DNA of 64,000 nucleotides from Candidatus Palauibacter denitrificans (GTDB lineage Bacteria; Gemmatimonadota; Gemmatimonadetes; Palauibacterales; Palauibacteraceae): NCBI GenBank assembly GCA_009841015.1, contig VXMQ01000109.1, positions 1,767 to 65,766 of the forward strand, read 5' to 3'. Shown piece by piece: positions 55,093 to 64,000 of this stretch (position 1 is its first letter; each line of letters starts with the position of its first letter). The notes under the pieces were generated by a model. It saw only the letters and a program-made list of their open reading frames with translations, ran no database searches and was not told where the DNA came from. The position numbers and the translations under genes were made by a program.

Positions 55093-55230
55093 CGGACACT
55101 CGGCGAAGACGACGATTTCGCCCCGCTCCAGCGCGTCGGCGAGATCGGGCCGGGGCCCCCGGACAGGCCCCGCTTCGGTGACCAGAGCCCGCCCCGAGTT
55201 CAGCTGACCCCGCTCAGCCGTAGATGTCGA

Positions 55231-55677
55231 TCAGTTGCGGGAGCCGATCGCCATCACCTCGAACCGCGCCCCGAACAGGAGCGGCCCGGAGCCGAGGAAG
55301 GCGCGCGCCGGGAAGTTCTCGGTGAAATAGGTCCGGTAGACCTCGTTGAAGACGTCGTAGAGGGCGACGTCCGAGCAGAACACCTGCACCGAGACGAGGT
55401 CGTCCATCGTGATCCCGGCCTCCTCCACCGTGTTCTTGATCGCCTCCATGACGAGTCGCGCCTCCTCCTCCGCGTCGTTCGGCGGACGCCCATCCACGAG
55501 TCCCAGCGATCCGGACACGAAGAGCAGGTCGCCCACCCAGACGGCGCCGCTGAAGGGGAGGACGCCCTCCTCGCTCGCGTGCCGCGGGTTGATGTACTCA
55601 CGCTGGGCCGAAAGATCGGAAGCCATGGCCGCGAAACCTCCGGTGGCAAGAAGTGAGACCAGGATGAAGCGCTTCAT
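55231..55677 (-). CDS. RidA/YjgF-family protein with N-terminal signal peptide
   Basis: 148 aa from the internal ATG (MKRFILVSLLATGGFAAMASDLSAQ signal). The RidA-fold body (AVWVGDLLFVSGSLG ... VSVQVFCSDVALYDVFNEVY ... ARAFLGSGPLLFGARFEVMAIG). The upstream 166 codons of the listed ORF are Ser/Arg/Thr-rich shadow. Confidence 0.8.
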   Translation of the reverse strand: MKRFILVSLLATGGFAAMASDLSAQREYINPRHASEEGVLPFSGAVWVGDLLFVSGSLGLVDGRPPNDAEEEARLVMEAIKNTVEEAGITMDDLVSVQVFCSDVALYDVFNEVYRTYFTENFPARAFLGSGPLLFGARFEVMAIGSRN

Positions 55678-55729
55678 GAGTCGATTCCTATTGTTGTGGT
55701 TCAGTGGTTGCCGGTTCGGGGCGCCCGGT

Positions 55730-57859
<2,130 letters not shown>

Positions 57860-57947
57860 GGTCTCTCCCGGTCACGGGGGTGGGGTACGGGCCTCAACCG
57901 AACAGTGTACGATCTAACACTGTCCGATGTCCTCAGTCACGACCCGT

Positions 57948-58367
57948 TCAAAGAACCGTGAATCCCTCCCGCCTGGCGGCGTTGGAGAGGCGGTGGTCGC
58001 TGCTGACCAGCTCGAGCCGCTGCGGATCTTCGGCTGCAGCGGTAAGGGCCGCCGCCAATTGCAGCGCGTCCGCCCCCCGCAGCGGGTGAAGCCGAAGTAG
58101 CCTGATCGCACGGTTGCGAACCTGTTCAAGAGGTTCGACCTCTATCCAACTGGCCGCCAACCGCCGAAGCTGCTCCAGGGACCGGTCGAGCCCGCCGGGT
58201 CCGAAATGCTGCTCCCGGTGGAGACGGTTCAGGGCCGACGCGCATTCGACGCGGCTTCCCCACCACGTAACGATCGACGGATCGTCCCGGATCGTGGCAC
58301 GGCGCTCGGCGCTGCCCGCCTCGTCCACGAGAAGTGTCACGAGAGCCGACGAGTCCCAGTATTTCAA
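57948..58367 (-). CDS. vapC: Type II toxin VapC (PIN-domain ribonuclease)
   Basis: 139 aa beginning MKYWDSSALVTLLVDE (PIN first acidic residue), with further conserved acidic positions (…HPLRGADALQLAAAL…SSDHRL). It overlaps the upstream antitoxin by 4 nt. Confidence 0.8.
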   Translation of the reverse strand: MKYWDSSALVTLLVDEAGSAERRATIRDDPSIVTWWGSRVECASALNRLHREQHFGPGGLDRSLEQLRRLAASWIEVEPLEQVRNRAIRLLRLHPLRGADALQLAAALTAAAEDPQRLELVSSDHRLSNAARREGFTVL

Positions 58368-58663
58368 CGGCCCTCGGCGCGCTCGGCCACGATCGCCTCG
58401 CTGGCGCTCACCCCTTCGGTGAGCCGCGGCGCGGGGACACTCAGGAAGCCTTCGACATCGAAGGGAGCGCGGGGAGGGGTTGCCACGCCCCGGCGTACGA
58501 GGTCCGCGACTTCATGGTCGCCCCCCAGGTCGTCGGGGCGGCAAGGTTCGATCCGCGCCACGGGCTCCCCGCGATGCGTGATCAATATGGCCTCCCCGCG
58601 ACGGACATCGCCCAGCAGGCCGCTGAGGGCGTTCTTCGCTTCGCTGACGCTGGCTCGTCTCAT
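58364..58663 (-). CDS. vapB: Type II antitoxin, Phd/YefM-family (VapB)
   Basis: 99 aa. The N-terminal MRRASVSEAKNALSGLLGDVRRGEAILITHRGEPVARI matches the Phd/YefM fold. It sits directly upstream of vapC and overlaps it. Confidence 0.75.
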   Translation of the reverse strand: MRRASVSEAKNALSGLLGDVRRGEAILITHRGEPVARIEPCRPDDLGGDHEVADLVRRGVATPPRAPFDVEGFLSVPAPRLTEGVSASEAIVAERAEGR

Positions 58664-58733
58664 CTGGCCATTCTGGCCATATCGATGTCGCCAGTCAAGC
58701 GTCGAAGGCTCTTCGACACGACGACGGCGCGAG

Positions 58734-60497
58734 CTAGTTTGCGGAGTCCCCGGGCCGCAGGATGACTTCGCCGGGGAGTTCGTCGGTGAACTCGCCGCCG
58801 TCGACCGTGAACACGCCGTTCACCATCACGTAGTCGACGCCCTCGCTGAACAGGTCCGGCTCGAGCACGGTGGCCCGGTCCCGGAGGCGTTCGAGATCGA
58901 ACACGACGAGGTCCGCCCTGTAGCCTTCGCGCAGGAAGCCGCGGTCCTCCAGCCCGATGATCCGCGCCGGCAGCCCCGTCATCGAGCGGACCGCGAAGGG
59001 AAGCGTGATTGCCTGCAGGTCCTTCACGTAGCGGGCGATCTTGCGCGTGAAGGCGCCGAAGTGGCGGGGGTGCGCGCCGGGCCGCGAGGCGAACTCGGGC
59101 ACGCCCTCGACTCCGCTCACGGCCGCGTCCGACGCCGTGGCCGTGTAGTCCTGCCGGTAGTAGTTGATGACGTCCGAATCGTGGATTCCGTAACCGCGCG
59201 TCCAGGCTCCGCCGAGCACCTCCGGGTATCCGTTGAGCGCCATGTGGACGACGACCTCCTGGTACGTGATGTCCAAGGTGCGGCCCAGTTCCTCCAGCGT
59301 GCGCCCCACCCAGGTCGAGTCGGGGTAGCCCACCACGACCACGCGGTCCGGCCCCCCGTTGTGGTCGACGATCCACTCGATGTCGCGGGCGATGAGGCCC
59401 CGGAGTTCCGGGTCCGCCCAGCGGCGCTCCAGGTGTGCCCGGGCATCGTCGAATACCCCCGGGCGGTTGTAGACCGGGCTGTCCCTCCCGCCGCTCGTGT
59501 CCACGGTGTCGTGCACGAGGCTCCAGCGCGGGATCATGGGCCGGGCGCCCCCGCCGAACGTCTCGTAGGGGTAGACGTCGAGGTAGACTTCCAGCCCCTC
59601 CGCCCGCGCCCGGTTGACGACGAGCGTGTCCTGCGCGGAGCGGCCGAAGCTGGCGCGACCCCGCGCCTTGTGGTGGCTCGCCACGACGCGGATCCCTGTT
59701 TCACGGGCGATGTTCACGGTCTCCGCCAGCCCCTCGTTCCCGTCCACGGGCCCCTCCGTCGCGGTGCTCGGCAGTTCCCACAGCGGCATGGCCGCCTCGC
59801 TGCGCTGGTGCGCGACGTAGAAGCCGTCGTAGGGGGCCACGGCCCCGGCGAGGGCGATGACCTCCTCCGGCGTGCTGTAGCGGGCGGGGCGGTACTCGAC
59901 GCCGGCGCCCAGCCCCCACGCCCCCGACTCCATTCCCTCGCGCACGAGCGCCTGCATGCGGGCGATCTCGTCCTCCGTCGCCGCACGCCAGTAGTCGTTG
60001 CCCATGACTTCGGCGCGCACCGTGCTGTGGCCGACCATGGGGACGAAGTTCATCGCGTGCCCCAGCTCCCGGAGAGCCGCGATCTCGGCGCTGAGCGGCC
60101 ACGTCTGGTTGCGGCCGTCCGGCCCGCCGATGACCGTCGTGAGCCCCTGGCTGTTGAGGCTCTTCGCGCGCCGGGCCTCGAGGTGCTCGGAGGTCATGGC
60201 GCGGTCGGCGTGCGAGTGCAGGTCGATGAAGCCCGGCGAGACGTACATCCCGGCCGCGTCCACGACCCGCCGCGCCGTCGCATCGCCGAGTCTCCCGATG
60301 CGCACGATCCGGTCGCCGGCGATCGCGACGTCCGCCGCGAACCACGGGTTCCCGGTGCCGTCGATGACGCGCCCGTTCCGGATGAGGATGTCGTATTCCT
60401 GACCGGAAAGCGGGAGAGGGAAGGCGCCTGCCGCGAGGGCGGCGACCGTGACCAGGAAGGCGGCGGGTGGTGCGGTAAGCCGAATCATGTCAATCAC
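58734..60497 (-). CDS. N-acyl-D-amino-acid deacylase (D-aminoacylase) family amidohydrolase, secreted
   Basis: 587 aa with a signal peptide. YDILIRNGRVIDGTG and GFIDLHSHAD are hallmark D-aminoacylase motifs. Confidence 0.85.
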   Translation of the reverse strand: MIDMIRLTAPPAAFLVTVAALAAGAFPLPLSGQEYDILIRNGRVIDGTGNPWFAADVAIAGDRIVRIGRLGDATARRVVDAAGMYVSPGFIDLHSHADRAMTSEHLEARRAKSLNSQGLTTVIGGPDGRNQTWPLSAEIAALRELGHAMNFVPMVGHSTVRAEVMGNDYWRAATEDEIARMQALVREGMESGAWGLGAGVEYRPARYSTPEEVIALAGAVAPYDGFYVAHQRSEAAMPLWELPSTATEGPVDGNEGLAETVNIARETGIRVVASHHKARGRASFGRSAQDTLVVNRARAEGLEVYLDVYPYETFGGGARPMIPRWSLVHDTVDTSGGRDSPVYNRPGVFDDARAHLERRWADPELRGLIARDIEWIVDHNGGPDRVVVVGYPDSTWVGRTLEELGRTLDITYQEVVVHMALNGYPEVLGGAWTRGYGIHDSDVINYYRQDYTATASDAAVSGVEGVPEFASRPGAHPRHFGAFTRKIARYVKDLQAITLPFAVRSMTGLPARIIGLEDRGFLREGYRADLVVFDLERLRDRATVLEPDLFSEGVDYVMVNGVFTVDGGEFTDELPGEVILRPGDSAN

Positions 60498-60625
60498 CCC
60501 GGGGAAACGACGCGGTACTGTCGGACGAACCTGACGAGCGGGACGATAACGCGACGGTTGCCCGCGGGTCGAATCGGGGAGATATGTTTCCCGCCCTGTC
60601 CCCTGTCCGATCCCGGGAGCCGACG

Positions 60626-62719
60626 ATGCGTGAGATGAGAGAGAAAAGCCTTCACAAAATCCGAATGACGAAGTTCGCCCTGGCAGCCCGTGGCAAGACC
60701 CTGCTCCGCCGACTGCTGGCCCTGATCGCCGTTTCAGGCACGCTGAGCGCCGGTCCCCTGGCGGCGCAGGACCGGTTCGAACCGATGGACGTGTTCGAGA
60801 TCGAATACGCCGCGGACCCGCAGATTTCGCCTGACGGCAGCCAGGTCGTCTATGTCCGCACGTCGATGGACATCATGCGGGACGCGAAGAAGTCCGAGCT
60901 GTGGATCATGAACGCCGACGGCTCGGATCACCGGCGGATCGGGACGGGCGGCTCCCCGCGGTGGTCGCCCGACGGATCACGCATCGCGTACACGGCGGAC
61001 GGCCAGATCCACGTGCGCTGGATGGACACGGGCGAGGAAGCAACGCTCACGCAGCTCATCGAATCGCCGCGCGGGCTGCGCTGGTCGCCGGACGGGCGCT
61101 ACCTCGCGTTCAACAAGCTCGTACCGTACCCGCCGCCGAGCCTCGCCCCGCCGCCGAAACCGCCCGCCGGGGCGGAATGGGCCGATCCTCCCATCATGGA
61201 GGACCGCTTCAAGAACCGGCAGGACGGCGTCGGATATCTCGATTTCGGCTTCGATCACCTCTTCATCGTCCCGGTCGAGGGTGGGACGCCCACGCAGGTC
61301 ACACCGGGCGACTTCCAGCACCAGAGCCCGGCCGCCTGGACCCCGGACGGCGCGAGCCTCGTCTTCTCGTCGAACCGGAACGACGACTGGATCCACGACT
61401 ACCGCAACTCCGAACTGTACATCGTCTCCGTCGCCACCGGCGAGGTTCGTCCCCTCACCGACCGCCCCGGGCCCGACCGGAGTCCGGCCGTCTCTCCCGA
61501 CGGGCGGCAGATCGCCTTCGTGGGCTACGAGGACCGCACGCGCACCTACCAGGTGAGCCGGCTCCAGGTGATGAACCTGGACGGGAGTGGGCAGCGCGTC
61601 CTCACGGGCGGTCTCGACCGCAGCGTCTCCAACCCGGTGTGGGCCTCCGACGGAAGCGGCATCTACTTCCAGTACGACGACGAGGGGAACTCGAAGGTCG
61701 GCTTCGCCACGCTCGCCGGCGACCTCGAGGTGCTGGCGGAGGATCTGGGGGGCACGTCCTACGGGCGTCCGTACGGCGGCGGGTCCTTCAGCGTCGCCGA
61801 CGACGGGAGCTTCGCGCTCAACCAGACCAGACCCGAATCGCCGGGAGAGGTCGCCGTGGGCGCGCGGGGCCGCGGCGTGCGCCGCATCACGTCGCTGAAC
61901 GAGGACCTGCTCGCGAACCGTCAACTCGGCGAGGTCGAGGAGATCTGGTGGGACTCCTCGTTTGACGACCGCCCCATCCAGGGGTGGATCGTGAAGCCGC
62001 CCGACTTCGATCCGGCCCGGCGCTATCCCCTCATCCTCGAAATCCACGGGGGACCCGTCTCCAACTACGGAGACCGCTTCTCGGCGGAGATGCAGCTGCT
62101 CGCCGCGGCGGGATACGTCGTCCTCTACGCGAACCCGCGAGGGAGCACGAGTTACGGCGAGGAGTTCGCGGATCTCCTCTACCACAACTATCCGGGGCAG
62201 GACTACGACGACCTCATATCCGGGGTCGACGCCGTCATCGACCGCGGGTACATCGACGAGGCCAACCTCTTCGTCACCGGAGGGAGCGCCGGCGGCATCA
62301 TGACGGCCTGGATCGTCGGCAAGACGGATCGCTTCCGCGCCGCGGTGTCCCAGAAACCCGTCGTCAACTGGATCAGCAAGACGCTCACCGCGGACAACTG
62401 GTACGGCTACTACCACAGCCGCTACGACGGGCTGCCGTGGGAGAACCCGGAGGCCTACTGGGAGTTCTCTCCCATCTCGCTCGTGGGGAACGTGAATACG
62501 CCGACGATGATCATCACGGGGGAGGAAGATCTGCGGACGCCGCTGTCGGAGTCGTACCAGATGTTCCACGCGCTCAAGCTGCGGGGGATCGACACGGCCG
62601 TGATCCGGCTCCCCGGCGCCTCGCACGACATGAGCCGCCGCCCGAGCCAGCTCATGGCCAAGATCGCGAACATCGTCGCCTGGTTCGACAAGTACCGCAC
62701 CGTGGCTGCGACGAGCTGA
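60626..62719 (+). CDS. S9-family serine peptidase (acylaminoacyl-peptidase type) with N-terminal beta-propeller, secreted
   Basis: ATG at 60626 with GGGAG SD; alternatives are 60584 and 60665. Signal LLALIAVSGTLSAGPLAAQ. GGSAGG (Ser), GEEDLRTP (Asp), GASHDM (His). The opposite-strand 549-aa ORF is shadow. Confidence 0.85.
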   Translation: MREMREKSLHKIRMTKFALAARGKTLLRRLLALIAVSGTLSAGPLAAQDRFEPMDVFEIEYAADPQISPDGSQVVYVRTSMDIMRDAKKSELWIMNADGSDHRRIGTGGSPRWSPDGSRIAYTADGQIHVRWMDTGEEATLTQLIESPRGLRWSPDGRYLAFNKLVPYPPPSLAPPPKPPAGAEWADPPIMEDRFKNRQDGVGYLDFGFDHLFIVPVEGGTPTQVTPGDFQHQSPAAWTPDGASLVFSSNRNDDWIHDYRNSELYIVSVATGEVRPLTDRPGPDRSPAVSPDGRQIAFVGYEDRTRTYQVSRLQVMNLDGSGQRVLTGGLDRSVSNPVWASDGSGIYFQYDDEGNSKVGFATLAGDLEVLAEDLGGTSYGRPYGGGSFSVADDGSFALNQTRPESPGEVAVGARGRGVRRITSLNEDLLANRQLGEVEEIWWDSSFDDRPIQGWIVKPPDFDPARRYPLILEIHGGPVSNYGDRFSAEMQLLAAAGYVVLYANPRGSTSYGEEFADLLYHNYPGQDYDDLISGVDAVIDRGYIDEANLFVTGGSAGGIMTAWIVGKTDRFRAAVSQKPVVNWISKTLTADNWYGYYHSRYDGLPWENPEAYWEFSPISLVGNVNTPTMIITGEEDLRTPLSESYQMFHALKLRGIDTAVIRLPGASHDMSRRPSQLMAKIANIVAWFDKYRTVAATS

Positions 62720-62764
62720 CCCACTGGACCTTCACCCGATCCCTCGAAGCCGGGAGACCCACCC

Positions 62765-63994
62765 ATGACCGACTCCGGTCGGCCGCTGGAGGGCGTGCGC
62801 GTCGTCGCCCTCGAACAATACATGTCCGCGCCCTACTGCTCGCTCCTGCTCGCGGACGCGGGGGCCGAGGTCATCAAGATCGAGCGCCCGGGCCTGGGAG
62901 ACCCGCGCCGCTCCATCCCTCCCTTCGTGGAACGGAACGGCGTCCGCATGGGCGTCGGGTTCATGGCCTACAACCGGAACAAGAAATCCCTCGCGCTCAA
63001 CCTCAAGAGCGACGAGGGGCGCGATCTCTACCGTTCCCTCGTGGCGAAGTCCGATGTCGTGGTGGAGAACCTGCGGCCGGGGTCCGTAGACCGGATGGGG
63101 CTCGGCTACGAGGCGCTGGCCGAGCTGAACCCGCGGCTCGTGTACGCCGCCGTGTCGGGGTTCGGGCGGCTGCCCGGGCGCGAGGGGCCGTACGGCGACT
63201 GGCCCTCGTTCGACGTCGTGGCGGAGGCGATGGGAGGCGTCATGCACATGATCGGCTTCGCCGACAAGCCGCCCTCGCCCTCGATCTACGGGATGCCGGA
63301 CCTGTACGCGGGGATGGCGGCGGCGCACGGCGTCTCGATGGCGCTCTACCGGCGCACTGTGACGGGGAAAGGCCAGTTCATCGACTCCGCCATGTACGAC
63401 GGCGTGCTGTCGCTGAACGAGCGCATGGTCTCGCTCGCCGCCAACACCGGGGCGCGGCCGAGACGGGGCGATCCGCCGGGCTTCTACCCGCGCGGACCGA
63501 TGCCGGTGAGCGACGGATACGTCGCCTTCACGATCCCTGACGACATCATGTGGCGCCGTTTCTGCCGCATGCTGGGACGCCCCGACCTGCTGGAGGATCC
63601 GCGCCTGGATTCCCCCGACGCGCGCACCGAGAACCGCGCGCTGCTCGACGAGGTCGTCCGCCCCGTGTTCGCCGCACTGACCCGGGACGAGGCGGTGCGC
63701 CGGCTCCAGGAGGTGGGCGTCCCCGCGGGCCCGGTGCAGACCTCCGACGATCTGCTTGAGTGCCCGCAACTCGAGGCGCGCGGCGTGCGGGTCACGGTGG
63801 ACTACGACGGACTCGGAGAACTCCAGTTCGTCCGCACCCCGCTCCTCACGTCCGACTCTCCCGACGTCCCCGTGAACCCCGCACCTACCCTGGGCCGCGA
63901 CACGCGCCAGATCCTCACCGAAATCCTCGACCTCCCCGACGCCGAGGTCTCCCGCCTGGCGGAGGAGTCCGTGATCGGCACCGCGGCGGAATAG
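62765..63994 (+). CDS. CoA-transferase family III (CaiB/BaiF-like) protein
   Basis: 409 aa. The N-terminal LEGVRVVALEQYMSAPYCSLLLADAGAEVIKIERP is the characteristic family-III CoA-transferase Rossmann start, and the catalytic Asp region (MPVSDGYVAF) is present. Confidence 0.85.
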   Translation: MTDSGRPLEGVRVVALEQYMSAPYCSLLLADAGAEVIKIERPGLGDPRRSIPPFVERNGVRMGVGFMAYNRNKKSLALNLKSDEGRDLYRSLVAKSDVVVENLRPGSVDRMGLGYEALAELNPRLVYAAVSGFGRLPGREGPYGDWPSFDVVAEAMGGVMHMIGFADKPPSPSIYGMPDLYAGMAAAHGVSMALYRRTVTGKGQFIDSAMYDGVLSLNERMVSLAANTGARPRRGDPPGFYPRGPMPVSDGYVAFTIPDDIMWRRFCRMLGRPDLLEDPRLDSPDARTENRALLDEVVRPVFAALTRDEAVRRLQEVGVPAGPVQTSDDLLECPQLEARGVRVTVDYDGLGELQFVRTPLLTSDSPDVPVNPAPTLGRDTRQILTEILDLPDAEVSRLAEESVIGTAAE

Positions 63995-64000
63995 CCGAAC

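Noticed and set aside
55092-55233. Possible stop-codon readthrough or fusion between RidA and the downstream dioxygenase-like gene, which share a frame
   Set aside because: There is no evidence beyond shared frame. A clean TGA stop with separate domains is more parsimonious, and the shared frame is likely coincidental.
58206-62626. 810-aa plus-strand ORF over the D-aminoacylase gene and 549-aa minus-strand ORF over the S9 peptidase gene
   Set aside because: These are shadow frames; the opposite strands carry the DxHxH and GxSxG catalytic motifs.

Overview
This is a high-GC (roughly 70% by eye) bacterial chromosomal segment, densely coding on both strands. The origin is not diagnosable from sequence alone. 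The gene content (many S9 peptidases, PQQ dehydrogenases, lipoproteins with lipoboxes) suggests a Gram-negative, possibly Gemmatimonadota-like organism, but that is inference only. I saw no rRNA, tRNA, CRISPR array or IS/transposase. Many of the long ORFs in the six-frame track are antisense or out-of-frame shadows typical of high-GC DNA, so I called genes on protein-like composition, recognisable motifs and start context (many GTG starts, frequent 4-nt ATGA/GTGA overlaps).

Main content:
- Chained 4-nt overlaps link several minus-strand genes at 701-6550: DUF3810-like HExxH protein, then CPA-type cation/H+ antiporter with RCK domains, then class I/II PLP aminotransferase, then DUF4153 membrane protein.
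- A folate module (SDR pteridine-reductase-like, folB, folK) sits next to an Omp85/BamA-family gene.
- Three beta-lactamase-fold serine hydrolases are present, two of them as a diverged tandem duplicate.
- addB-addA homologs are coupled through a GTGA overlap.
- There are two PQQ-dependent dehydrogenases: one with an ATGA-coupled di-heme cytochrome c, one a quinohemoprotein with the vicinal Cys-Cys.
- The window is strongly enriched for peptide catabolism: four S9 peptidases, D-aminoacylase, gamma-glutamyltransferase and an AstE/AspA-family enzyme. Within it are two mirrored loci, each pairing a lipoprotein that carries a C-terminal HExxHxxGxxH metzincin domain with an S9 peptidase. The larger lipoprotein also carries about 15 plant-type leucine-rich repeats.
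- A cluster at 45745-50081 holds a sphingosine-1-phosphate-lyase-like PLP enzyme, a membrane protein, tdk and a divergent Na+/solute symporter.
- A vapBC toxin-antitoxin pair lies at 57948-58663.

Best candidate for an undescribed system: a minus-strand module at 51987-55092 in which three genes are chained by ATGA overlaps. It comprises a putative Fe(II)/2OG-dioxygenase-like protein, then a fusion of an RNase-H-fold (RuvC/YqgF/DUF429-like) domain to a HIT hydrolase, then a protein with an unrecognised roughly 250-aa N-terminal domain fused to an HNH nuclease. The last two genes sit in a visibly lower-GC patch.
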